This document shows, in pieces, positions 46,759 through 56,900 of a DNA stretch of 64,000 bases. The position numbers and the translations under genes are program-made. The stretch spans positions 2,599 through 66,598 of the forward strand of contig LURR01000017.1 in NCBI GenBank assembly GCA_001628485.1, given 5' to 3'. The notes beneath the pieces were generated by a model. The model did not search any database. It worked only from the letters and a program-made list of their open reading frames with translations, and was not told the origin of the DNA. Positions within the stretch are counted from its first letter, which is position 1. Each line of letters opens with the position of its first letter. Source of the stretch: Marine group II euryarchaeote REDSEA-S11_B3N4. GTDB lineage: Archaea > Thermoplasmatota > Poseidoniia > Poseidoniales > Thalassarchaeaceae.

Positions 46759-47664
46759 TCAGAGCACAATCTCTCTGGTTGCCTCTATTGGATCCCACGC
46801 GGCAATCAGGTTGCCCGTGCCTATCACCGATTGATAACCGTAAATTTCGGCAGGGTACTCAGGATAGCCCATGGCTGCCATCATCCAAGTGAGCCCTCCG
46901 GCTTCAGTCTCTGCGATCGTCTGCTCCGTGAATTCGGGCATAATGTCGATCACTTCTTTCATCTTCCCACCTCTCATCAGGTCTACCAGCTTCATATCCC
47001 AGACGTATTGGCTGTGATTGTATATGTGCTCCCTGCTCATATCCTCGGGGAGGGGGGACTCAGTCACGAAGTGCCTGTGGGATAGGCTATGGCTACTGAT
47101 CAGTACAACTTTCTTCCCACTCTCTTCTATTGCCTTTGCACAGGCAATCCCAAGGGCACTGGCCTGCTCATTCATCACTTCTGGCGAGTAGTAGTGCGCG
47201 TTTCGGTTACTACTTATCGTAACCAGTGGCTTGTCCCACTCAGGATTAAGCATGTGGCATGACGTGATTGTCCCATAGTCGATTCTGAAGTCAGGATTCC
47301 GCATCATCTTAGTCACTATCCCGGATTCCCCAGCAACCTCACACATCTTCTCTGCCAACTCTACATCTACTGAGATGTCGTAGTTGAACCGGAAGAGATT
47401 AGGAAAAACAGGGTCAACCGACTTTGACTTGAATTTAGGCAGCCCGAGGAAATGAGTTCCGATGTAAGTCTGCCAGTGAGGGGTGAAGATGACCATTGCA
47501 TCGTAGTCAATCGATTTCAGTTTCCTTGCGAGTCTGTTGTAACCCCATCTGAGTGTCTCCCATCCTCCTTCTGCGAAAGCCTCGTTCTGTTCCGGATTCT
47601 CCGCATAAACTACATGCGGGGGGTGTGGAGCGAGGCATCCTAGTACTATCTCTCCCTTCGCCAT
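46759..47664 (-). CDS. LigB-family class III extradiol ring-cleavage dioxygenase, catalytic (beta-like) subunit
   Basis: Fe ligands and base conserved: LAPHPPH (His12 equivalent), FTPHWQ (His61), SSHSLSH (His195), ETEAGG (Glu242). Confidence 0.65.
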   Translation of the reverse strand: MAKGEIVLGCLAPHPPHVVYAENPEQNEAFAEGGWETLRWGYNRLARKLKSIDYDAMVIFTPHWQTYIGTHFLGLPKFKSKSVDPVFPNLFRFNYDISVDVELAEKMCEVAGESGIVTKMMRNPDFRIDYGTITSCHMLNPEWDKPLVTISSNRNAHYYSPEVMNEQASALGIACAKAIEESGKKVVLISSHSLSHRHFVTESPLPEDMSREHIYNHSQYVWDMKLVDLMRGGKMKEVIDIMPEFTEQTIAETEAGGLTWMMAAMGYPEYPAEIYGYQSVIGTGNLIAAWDPIEATREIVL

Positions 47665-47746
47665 ATCCCTCCGAGGTCGAGAAATCTAAAGAAAACCTTC
47701 CGGCCCTCCTAGTAGAGTTCATGGGACACCTCTTGGACGCTGTGCC

Positions 47747-48157
47747 ATGAAGTGGGACGAACCTCCTCTTTGGCCAGTGGCAGTGCCGAGTCTAGCCGGA
47801 TTTGCAGCAGCATGCATCCCATATGTGTTTCCAAACACTCCACAGCTAGTGGGCGGCGAACTGACAACTCCATTCATCCTACTGGTGATTGTGAGTCCAC
47901 TCCTATACTTCTCTCCCGAACCGACTGGGGGGAGGGCAGAGTTGGTACTAGGAGCCAACATTGGGATGTTCTTCGCATTCTTTCCCCAAGCAATATTCTT
48001 CGTTTGGTTCATCATAGTCATCCTGCTTTGGCTAGCCCAGTCAATGTATGTCTGGAGAAGAAATTACCCCGCTTTCAGAATCGGGACTTGGCTTGGATTA
48101 GGAGCAGTTTCTGGATTATTCATCGGAGGTCTGTTCGGACACCTCATCCTTGTTTGA
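47747..48157 (+). CDS. Small hypothetical membrane protein (4 TM)
   Basis: 136 aa hydrophobic ORF. 3' end overlaps the convergent PAP2 gene. Confidence 0.35.
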   Translation: MKWDEPPLWPVAVPSLAGFAAACIPYVFPNTPQLVGGELTTPFILLVIVSPLLYFSPEPTGGRAELVLGANIGMFFAFFPQAIFFVWFIIVILLWLAQSMYVWRRNYPAFRIGTWLGLGAVSGLFIGGLFGHLILV

Positions 48158-49576
48158 CCAGATCATCCCCCCTACCACAAGTCCGCTTATTGCGAAAGAT
48201 GGGACGGATGACAGGACTCCGGTCCAGACGAGATACCCATCCACGTACTCAATCGTGATCCTGACTTCGCCAACCCCATCATCCCCCTGATTGGATACCA
48301 GAACATAATGTCCGTCGAACACCGTGGTAGTCTCAACCTCTACTTGGTAAACCTCTCCCGGAGAAATGATCTGAATGTCCTGATTAGAGAATGCTGACCA
48401 GTCGATCTTCCCCCCTCTTGCATGCTCTTCGACCATGTCCCTGTGAATTACTAGAATCTGTACATCGGCCAATCCTACATTTCTGACCTCTACCTCTGCG
48501 GGGTGCCACAAACTGTGTACCTCGATGACGTCAAGGTTAACATCTCTAGGCCCGACTCTCATCGTAGGCTCATTTTCATCGGTCCCAGGACCATCTATGA
48601 CGACAAATACTAGCATCAGAGTCCCGATTACGGAGAATGCCACAGCGGTGTTAGAAACGCTCCTTGAATGAGCGAGGGAGCGCAAACCGTCCACTCTGAG
48701 ATTCCTAAGCTTGGGTTGGAAGCCATGGGCGAAGAGAGCGCATATTACGGCCAGTATCACTCCTGGGATGACGTCCGAAATCCAGTGAATCCCAAGGTAT
48801 TGGATACTGAACAAATAGATTGGGATATTTGCTGCTACGAAAAGGTCGAACTCCCTGTGGCGCCATTCCGCCATTTTGATTCCCAGGCCTCTAACGTGTA
48901 GCCGATTGATTATCAATAGGCCAAGCGGGAGGCCAACATGCAGACTCGGAATGCCGTTGTCCAGTGGGTCTACTTCAGTGAAGAAGAATAGGTTCCAAGA
49001 CTCGTGGTACATGATAGCATCCATTCCAGGAATGAATGAGGATGTCACCTCGACGTTGAAGAAAAGGTAGAGGGGGACTGCGAGTACGTAGATTATCGAG
49101 TAGTTCAGCACTGCCTTGTCGGCCATGACCTCATCCCTACAGAGAATGTAGTAAATCGGACTGAACCAAATCAGGAACAGGTAGACGAACAGGTAGTGGA
49201 AGGACAGGACATCGCTAAGAAGCTCGTTACGAAAACTCTGCTGTACCCAGAGAGTCAACTCTCCTTCGAATCCGTGAATGTAGTGTGTGAATCCGCCGAC
49301 TCGAGGCTTTATCGCCTCGTTGTGTTGGTCAATGAAGGCCTTAAATCCGTACATTATTAGATAAACAGAAATATGCCATTTGTACCCCTTTTCCTTGATT
49401 TCTCCCAGTAGATCGGATAGCGCGACCCTCATCTCAGGCTCATCCCTGGTTAGGATCCGCTGGATCGGAATGGTCAGCAGGAGTATCGCACCCATTACCG
49501 TCTCGTACGGTCCGAAAGGCCACTCCATGGTCGAACCGCCTACAATCGAGTCATGAAACTTACAGTCGCTTAGCAA
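48116..49576 (-). CDS. PAP2-superfamily membrane phosphatase/phosphotransferase with ~190-aa C-terminal extracytoplasmic domain
   Basis: PAP2 motifs PSLH (PSGH) and SIQYLGIHWISD (SRx5Hx3D) within a 6-TM core. C-terminal domain after a final TM. Confidence 0.5.
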   Translation of the reverse strand: MLSDCKFHDSIVGGSTMEWPFGPYETVMGAILLLTIPIQRILTRDEPEMRVALSDLLGEIKEKGYKWHISVYLIMYGFKAFIDQHNEAIKPRVGGFTHYIHGFEGELTLWVQQSFRNELLSDVLSFHYLFVYLFLIWFSPIYYILCRDEVMADKAVLNYSIIYVLAVPLYLFFNVEVTSSFIPGMDAIMYHESWNLFFFTEVDPLDNGIPSLHVGLPLGLLIINRLHVRGLGIKMAEWRHREFDLFVAANIPIYLFSIQYLGIHWISDVIPGVILAVICALFAHGFQPKLRNLRVDGLRSLAHSRSVSNTAVAFSVIGTLMLVFVVIDGPGTDENEPTMRVGPRDVNLDVIEVHSLWHPAEVEVRNVGLADVQILVIHRDMVEEHARGGKIDWSAFSNQDIQIISPGEVYQVEVETTTVFDGHYVLVSNQGDDGVGEVRITIEYVDGYLVWTGVLSSVPSFAISGLVVGGMIWSNKDEVSEQTSDE

Positions 49577-49634
49577 TCGTCCCCCTCATTACTAGGTCCC
49601 CAATCCATAAGTCGAGATACTCGAGGCGCATTGC

Positions 49635-50099
49635 ATGGATGGACACGATCTCTGGCTAGCTCAGTGCGAAGAAATAGGCTTCACACCTGACCCGCGCAAG
49701 TATGAGGAGGGCACTCGAACGTCACAGGACGCTGCTGATCAACTGGGGTGCGAAGTAGCGCATATCGCCAAATCGATAGTATTCAGTGGAGAGGAAGGAG
49801 CCGTAATAGTGATCACATCAGGGTCTAACAGGGTAGAAAGAAAGAGGAAACTCAAGCGAATACTCGGATTCAAGCCAGGGATGGCTTCTCCTGAATACGT
49901 TCTCCAAAGCACCGGTTACGCCGTTGGCGGGGTCCCGCCATTCGGACACACAAGTCCCGTCACAGTACTGATGGACGAGGATCTAATGCAATACGACTTG
50001 GTTTGGGGCGCAGCGGGGACTCCTCAGACAGTATTCCCAATCAGTCCCGGGAAACTCAGAGAGATATCCGGAGCCAAGCTAGGAGATGTGAAACAGTAG
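49635..50099 (+). CDS. YbaK/ProX-type aminoacyl-tRNA deacylase (trans-editing domain)
   Basis: HIAKSIVFSGEEGAVIVITSGSNRVERKRKLKRILG...GYAVGGVPPFGH is the YbaK/INS-domain pattern. Confidence 0.65.
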   Translation: MDGHDLWLAQCEEIGFTPDPRKYEEGTRTSQDAADQLGCEVAHIAKSIVFSGEEGAVIVITSGSNRVERKRKLKRILGFKPGMASPEYVLQSTGYAVGGVPPFGHTSPVTVLMDEDLMQYDLVWGAAGTPQTVFPISPGKLREISGAKLGDVKQ

Positions 50100-50837
50100 A
50101 TGGCGGACGCGGTTCACGAACTCATCGCTTCCGCTTCCCGATTGAGGGATGATTCCCAATTGATAGCGAGAAGGATTGTCTCAGAAGGAGTCGCCGACTT
50201 CGTCTACAACCCCCTCAATTATGCTTGGGAGGTACATGAGGAGTTCATTCGAAGGACTGGTGGTAATGGTGCGAAGTGCATTCTTCTCGGTATGAATCCC
50301 GGTCCACATGGGATGGGCCAGATGGGAATCCCGTTCGCAGCAACATCGGTCGTTAGAGACTTGATTCGGATTACGGGGATAACCGTCGCAATACCCGAGA
50401 TAACTCATCCCAAAAGGCCTGTAAACGGTCTAGAACACCCCAAGGAGGAAGTCTCTGGAACAAGGCTTTGGGGGGTGCTCGAGCAAAGATACGGAGACAT
50501 CGATGAGATATCCAGGGAAGTCTACGTGGTCAACCACTGCCCACTAATGATTCTGAATGGCGATAGGGGAACCAATGTGACACCAAACAACGTTGCCGGA
50601 CAGGCAGTAAACGATTTGATGGATATTTGCGATCAGCACCTGAGGGAGGTCGTGGATGCATTAGGGGCCAAAAAGGTGGTAGGAATCGGGAAGTACGCAG
50701 AGAAAAGGGCAGTTTCCGCCCTTCACGGCTATGGAGTCTCAATAGAAACATGCTGGCACCCCTCTCCAGCCTCCCCTCTGGCAAATAGGAACGGAGGTGC
50801 CGATTGGAGGGCAAACATAAGCAAGGTACTGCCCTGA
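50100..50837 (+). CDS. Uracil-DNA glycosylase, SMUG (family 3)-like
   Basis: LLGMNPGPHGMGQMGIPFA (SMUG motif GMNPGPxGMxQTGVPF) and CWHPSPASPLANRNG (HPSPxNPxAN). ATG directly follows the ybaK-like stop. Confidence 0.7.
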   Translation: MADAVHELIASASRLRDDSQLIARRIVSEGVADFVYNPLNYAWEVHEEFIRRTGGNGAKCILLGMNPGPHGMGQMGIPFAATSVVRDLIRITGITVAIPEITHPKRPVNGLEHPKEEVSGTRLWGVLEQRYGDIDEISREVYVVNHCPLMILNGDRGTNVTPNNVAGQAVNDLMDICDQHLREVVDALGAKKVVGIGKYAEKRAVSALHGYGVSIETCWHPSPASPLANRNGGADWRANISKVLP

Positions 50838-50903
50838 AGGTTGTTTTTGTAACACTTAATTTCCTAGACAACAGTTAAGTTTCAATCTGAACTCAAAAAA
50901 AAC

Positions 50904-52688
50904 ATGTCGGCGAAGACAACTCCCGAATACCTAATCGAAAACGCGGAAAAATACCCCAACGAGCCAGCCATCTCGTCCAAGGATGAGAACGGAAACTGGG
51001 ACACGACCACCTGGTCCGAGTTCAAGGACGACGTAGTCGAACTTTCGAAGGCCCTCATTGCCAATGGATTTGATATCGGAGATAAGCTAAGCATATACTC
51101 ATACAATCGAAAGGAGTGGTATTCAGCTTATTCCGCTGCCAACATGTGCAATGGTGCTGCCGTCGGGGTCTACCACACATGCTCTCCGGAGGAGGTCGAA
51201 TGGGTCGTGGGCAACTCCGACTCAAAGGTGGTCTTCGTTGGCAACAACCCGATGGATGGGGGGGAAGAAGGAAAGATGTGCTCCCATCGCTTGAACGAGG
51301 CACTGACCTCGTTGGACAAGGTCGAGGTCGTAGTCGTCATGGACGGGGTGGATATGCCCGATCACCCCAAGTCGATTTCATGGTCCGATTTCCTCGCCAC
51401 CGGAAGCGATATCGAGGATTCCCAGGTCATGGAAAGGGTCTCCAGCATAAAGCCCGATGACACAGCCTCGCTGATCTACACATCAGGTACCACGGGAAAC
51501 CCAAAGGGAGTGGAACTGACCCACGACAACTTCGAGGCAGAGATCGCCGGGGTGTCTGCCATCGCCAAGTTCGATCAGGGTGATGGTTATGTCTCATGGC
51601 TTCCATGCGCACACGTTTTCGGCCAGCTAGCGGACAACCACATCTGGATAAGAGATGCCATGCACATGCGAGTGGTCAACAACCCACTGGAATCAATAGA
51701 TTACGCAAAGGAAGTAGAACCCTCCCTATTCATCGGAGTACCAAGAATCTATGAGAAGGTATACTCCAACCTAGTTGCAGGCCTCGGAAGTAAAGTGAAG
51801 TGGCTGAGCATACCCGTTCTGAAGGGGATAGTAAGGAAGAAGGCAAAGCAGAAGATAGGGTTCTCCAATCTGAAGTACGCCATCACAGGGGCAGCCCCAA
51901 TCAACTCTGATATTTTGCACCTTTTCCAGAAACTGGACATTCCCCTATTCGAAGGATACGGAATGACCGAGACCACCGCGGGAGCCACAATAGGTTACCC
52001 CGGCAATAACAAAATCGGGACCGTGGGGAAGCCCTTCGTCGGAGAAATCAGGATCGACAACCCTAACGAGGCCGGTGACGGAGAGATACAGTTCCGTGGC
52101 AGACACATCATGAAGGGCTACTACAACAACCCCGAAGCCACAGCAGAGACAATGACCGAGGACGGCTGGCTGAGGTCAGGAGACCTAGGTAGGGAGGACT
52201 CAGAGGGATACATCAGCGTGACTGGGAGGATAAAGGAGATCTACGTCAGTTCAGCAGGCAAGAACATCGCACCACTCGTGATCGAGGAGACCATGAAGTC
52301 GATTCCTCTTGTTTCCCAGTGCATGCTGATCGGGGACAACAGGAAGTACTGCAGCGCCCTCTTCACTCTGGATGTGGGGGCCATTCTAAGGGACAAGCAC
52401 GGGATGGACGGGGCGAAGGTCCCCAAGGACCCTGCCGAGCAGTTGGCCAAGCTGAAGGAGTTCGGACACGAGCTAAGCGAGTACACGGATAGCCCTGAGA
52501 TCCATGCTGAGTTGCAGGAGCACGTGGACAGGCTCAACGAGCAGTTCTCCAACCCAGAGCAGCTGAAGAAGTTCACAATCCTCCCGAGGGACCTGAGCGT
52601 GGACCACGGGGAGCTAACCCCGACCCTGAAGATCAGGAGGATGCAGATCAGGGAGAACTGGGCTAGCGAGATAGAGGCCATGTACTGA
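50904..52688 (+). CDS. fadD: Long-chain fatty-acid--CoA ligase (AMP-forming acyl-CoA synthetase)
   Basis: AMP-binding motif LIYTSGTTGNPKGVELTH, GYGMTET, adenylation/C-terminal domains. 594 aa. Confidence 0.9.
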   Translation: MSAKTTPEYLIENAEKYPNEPAISSKDENGNWDTTTWSEFKDDVVELSKALIANGFDIGDKLSIYSYNRKEWYSAYSAANMCNGAAVGVYHTCSPEEVEWVVGNSDSKVVFVGNNPMDGGEEGKMCSHRLNEALTSLDKVEVVVVMDGVDMPDHPKSISWSDFLATGSDIEDSQVMERVSSIKPDDTASLIYTSGTTGNPKGVELTHDNFEAEIAGVSAIAKFDQGDGYVSWLPCAHVFGQLADNHIWIRDAMHMRVVNNPLESIDYAKEVEPSLFIGVPRIYEKVYSNLVAGLGSKVKWLSIPVLKGIVRKKAKQKIGFSNLKYAITGAAPINSDILHLFQKLDIPLFEGYGMTETTAGATIGYPGNNKIGTVGKPFVGEIRIDNPNEAGDGEIQFRGRHIMKGYYNNPEATAETMTEDGWLRSGDLGREDSEGYISVTGRIKEIYVSSAGKNIAPLVIEETMKSIPLVSQCMLIGDNRKYCSALFTLDVGAILRDKHGMDGAKVPKDPAEQLAKLKEFGHELSEYTDSPEIHAELQEHVDRLNEQFSNPEQLKKFTILPRDLSVDHGELTPTLKIRRMQIRENWASEIEAMY

Positions 52689-52706
52689 TCCTAGTTCGGT
52701 GAACGA

Positions 52707-53330
52707 ATGGAACCTAGTGCTTGGGCCGCCCTCGCTATCGTCTTCGCTTTGGGTGCAATGAGTCCCGGGCCTTCTCTGGCGGTAGTACTCAGGAACACCA
52801 TGGCCGGGGGCCGCAGCCAGGGTATTTACACGGGGATAGGTCACGGAATCGGCTTCGGGATATACGCCTTCCTCGCCGCTCTCGGGATAGCGACCGCGCT
52901 CTCTGCAAATGAGCACGTCGAGCAGGTACTGAGGTGGGGTGGCGTCGTAATCCTCCTATGGTTGGGCACCACCTTCCTTCGTCATGCTATGGCACAAAAA
53001 GGAGGCGAGCAGGACCAGGACGACCAACACGCTCCTTCCGACAGGATCGGCTTCATCCAGGGTTTCTCGATAGCCTTGCTAAATCCAAAGATAATGGCAT
53101 GGATGCTAGCCCTATACTCACCATTCATCGAAGCAGACTTCCCAATGGAGACTCTCATCGGCATGGGCCTTCTGGGGATGTCGATTGATGGGGCTTGGTA
53201 CGTTACCGTGGCCACGGTCCTCACTACAGGGGACCGGGCAGAGAAGCTGAAGTCTAACGCTCATCTGATCGACGGGGCCATGGGCGTCCTAATGTTCATG
53301 TTCGCGTATATCCTCGTCAGCGGTTTCTAG
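52707..53330 (+). CDS. LysE/RhtB-family amino-acid exporter
   Basis: 207 aa, 6 TM. N-terminal MSPGPSLAVVL and internal repeat are typical of LysE-type translocators. Confidence 0.75.
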   Translation: MEPSAWAALAIVFALGAMSPGPSLAVVLRNTMAGGRSQGIYTGIGHGIGFGIYAFLAALGIATALSANEHVEQVLRWGGVVILLWLGTTFLRHAMAQKGGEQDQDDQHAPSDRIGFIQGFSIALLNPKIMAWMLALYSPFIEADFPMETLIGMGLLGMSIDGAWYVTVATVLTTGDRAEKLKSNAHLIDGAMGVLMFMFAYILVSGF

Positions 53331-53332
53331 AT

Positions 53333-53800
53333 TCAGAAGCCGCCGCTCCACATCAGTATCATTACGATAAATGCCAGGAACATAACCGCTGGGACCCCTA
53401 TCACAGTAGTTAGCATGCCAATCGCGAAGTACTTGTTCCCCCTTGTAAAACTCCATACAATACCTGCAATCAGACCTACGGGCCATACAAGAAAACTAGC
53501 CACCATGAACAAACCCTCTCCCGTATCTGAGAGCCCCCATGCAATTTCCATGAGTATAATCGAAAAAATCCACATAGCAGCAGGAGCCAGAATCAGACCA
53601 ACGAAGAACCAGCCTACGTTGGAGCCACTGCTCTGTTCCTGCTGGTATATGGTGCCTAGTGCACCACCGTTACTCGTCCCTAGTGAAGCAACACTCCCGC
53701 TTAGAATGGTTCCACCAGACTCCAGATTAGAAGGCTCACCTCCCCATGGATTCCCATCAGAAACCGAGGTTATTTCGACAGACTCTGGCCTATCTTCCAC
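53333..53800 (-). CDS. Hypothetical small membrane protein (Ser/Gly-rich N-terminus, 4 TM)
   Basis: Hydrophobic 155-aa ORF, no family recognised. Confidence 0.35.
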   Translation of the reverse strand: MEDRPESVEITSVSDGNPWGGEPSNLESGGTILSGSVASLGTSNGGALGTIYQQEQSSGSNVGWFFVGLILAPAAMWIFSIILMEIAWGLSDTGEGLFMVASFLVWPVGLIAGIVWSFTRGNKYFAIGMLTTVIGVPAVMFLAFIVMILMWSGGF

Positions 53801-53965
53801 TTACCTGCGTACTCTACTTCCGTCTTGAACAATGTCCCGGAATTACTAGTTCCATGTTTTTCTGACAGTCAACGCATTCTTGTGGAATCGTGTTTTCGGG
53901 GTAGTATGGCAAGTAGAGCGGATAGCGGGGAGCCCGACTCTATAATTCGGGCTCCAGGGGGAAAA

Positions 53966-56900
53966 ATGCCCATCCGAGTAATTACCGCGGCAGCCATCTT
54001 CGATGGGCACGATGCAGCCATCGGAATATTCCGCAGGATTCTACAGAGCCAAGGTTGTGAGGTTATCCACCTAGGGCACGATAGAGGTGCAGATGAGGTA
54101 GCACGTGCCGCCATACAGGAGGATGCCCATGCTGTAGCTATCACATCCTACCAGGGAGGGGCCGTCGAGATGTTCACACACACTAAAGACATCTTGCAGA
54201 AAAACGGTTTCGAGCACGTTTTCCTCTTTGGAGGAGGCGGCGGAACCATCCTGCCAAAAGAGATCGATCACCTCAAGGAACAGGGGATTTCTAAGATTTA
54301 TTCCCCGGACGATGGCAGGGACCTTGGCCTAGTTGGGATGGTCAGGGACGCAATGACCAGCGCATCCGCCACAGACCTACTTGCTGAATCCAGATTCGAC
54401 CAGATAACGGGCCAGGTAGATGCAGACAATCATGCTGCAGTATCTCTCCTACTGACCATGGCAGAAAACTCGCCCCCTGATCAATTCTCAGACAAATTAT
54501 CCCAAGCACGCTCCAGGGAAGTCGAAGCAGAGTGCCCCGTAGTGGGGATAACCGGAACAGGTGGGGCTGGGAAGTCGAGCCTGATGGACGAGGTCATGCT
54601 TAGGATCAGGCGAGACAATCCCGATGCCAGGGTCGCACTGCTAGCAACCGATCCCACGAGGAAGAAGACTGGAGGCGCGCTACTTGGGGACAGAATCAGG
54701 ATGAACTCCCTCTCGGACTCAAAGTTGTTCATGCGCTCCTTCGCGAGCCGGGAAAGTGGGCGAGAGATAGCTGAGTGCATAGATCGCGCCGTCGAGGTCT
54801 GTAAGGCAGTGGGTTTCGACTTGGTTTTGGTCGAGACCAGCGGGATAGGACAAGGTAACGACGCAATAACCGAGGTCGCTGATACCTCGATATACGTAAC
54901 AACAAGGGAGTACGGTGCACCCAGCCAGTTGGAGAAGTTAGCCGCCCTAGATTTCGCTGACATTGTGGTTCTGAACAAGTTCGATAGGCCCGGGGCCGAG
55001 GATGCACTAACGGAGATTCGCAAGCAATTCCAGAGGAACAGAGAGGCATTCGGAGAAAGCCCGGAGTCAATGCCGGTGGTTCCCACGATTGCTAGCCAGT
55101 TCGCAGACGCGGGAGTGGATCGACTTTGGGAGATGATGTCCTCACTCCTGAACGACAGATTCGATACAGACTTCGCAGCAAGTGAGGCTAGACTGGGCCC
55201 AGACGGACTTCCCAGCCGCGATGCCCCGATTCCTCCCGAGCGCCAGGGATATCTGGCAGAAGTAGCTTCTACGGTGAGAGGTTATCACAAGAGGTCTGAG
55301 GACTTGGCCAAGGCGGTCAGACAAGTCCAGCAGTTAGAATCTGTGGCCAAATTCCTCGACTCCTCGAAAAAGGAGGGGAATCACATTGACTTGCTGGAAG
55401 AGGCGATGGAAATACGCGAATCTCTGCCCGAATCTGCATGGGGGGCTCTGGAGGATTTCGAATCAATAGTAGACTCCTATAGATCCGGACAGGCGAGTTA
55501 CACTGTTCGAGGAAAGGAAATCCCGGTAAAGACGACGCATGAGACCATTTCGGGGACTAGGGTGCCTAGGGTGGCACTCCCTACAACGGAGGACTGGGGC
55601 GAGAAACTTCTGTGGATAAGCAAGGAGAACGTTCCAGGCTCCTTTCCTTTCACCGGAGGGGTCTTCCCGTTCAGAAGGGAGGATGAACTTCCGGTCAGAA
55701 TGTTTGCCGGGGAAGGCAGCGCGGAGAGGACCAACAAGCGATACCACTTCCTATCCAAGGATCAGCCATTCAACCGCCTATCGGTAGCATTCGACTCACC
55801 AAGCCTGTACGGTAACGACCCCCAGGAGAGGTTGGATATTTTCGGGAAGGTCTGTGAGTCTGGCGTAAGCATCAGCACCGTAGACGAGATGGAGATGCTC
55901 TTCGACGGCTTCGACCTGTGCGCACCCGACACGTCTGTCAGCATGACAATCAATGGGAACTACTGGTGGCACCTAGCAGCGTTCTTCAGAGTTGCAATCA
56001 GGCAGCAGACTAGGAAGTTCATCGACGAGAACGGAAGAGAACCGAACGAGAAAGAAGCCTCGGAGATTAAGGCATACTCCCTATCAACCGTAAGGGGGAC
56101 CGTACAAGCCGACCAGTTGAAGGAAGCCATGGGCCAGAACACATTAGTCTTCAATCTGGATACCGCACTGAGGATGATGGGGGACGTCGCGGAGTTCTAC
56201 GTGGACAATGAAGTCCGAAACCACTACTTCGTCAGCATCAGCGGATACCACATTGATGAGGCAGGTGCCAATCCGATCACCCAAGCAGCGCTGACCCTGT
56301 CAAATGGCCTAACCTACGTCGAGCTATTCAAGGCCAGGGGACTCGATCCGGACAAGTTCCTGAGGAACTTCTCATGGTTCTTCTCCAATGGAATGGATCC
56401 GGAGTACGCGGTAATTGGCAGGGTCTCAAGGAGGATATGGGCCATAGCCATGCGAGACCTATATGGGGTCGGGGAGAGGGGACAGAAGCTGAAGTACCAC
56501 ATACAGAGCAGTGGTAGATCCCTGCATTCTCAGGAGTTCACATGGAATGATTACCGAACCACCCTACAGGCCCTGTATGCCCTCGCAGACAACGCGAACA
56601 GCCTCCACACCAACAGCAGGGACGAGGCCTTCGGGACCCCTACAGAAGACACAGTCAGGGATGCGGTGGCAATCCAACTAATTCTTGCTAAGGAGTATGG
56701 CTGGCTCAGGAACGAGAACCCACTCCAAGGCTCATTCGTAGCCGACTACCTGACCGATGAGGTCGAGGAGAAGGTACTCAGGATTTTCGAGGAGATGCAC
56801 AGCAGGGGAGGGGTTTTGGGAGCCCTGGAAGTCAACTACCAGAGAAATAGGATCCAGGACGAGGGGATGCTCTACGAGCACAGAAAGCACACTGGAGAAA

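Noticed and set aside
54481-55086. 201-aa and 113-aa minus-strand ORFs inside icmF, and multiple 60-220-aa minus-strand ORFs inside smc (e.g. 60025..60681, 61131..61724)
   Set aside because: Antisense to long, motif-rich genes. Translations are Ser/Arg/Leu-rich, as expected from reverse-reading GAG/GAA-rich coiled-coil coding sequence.
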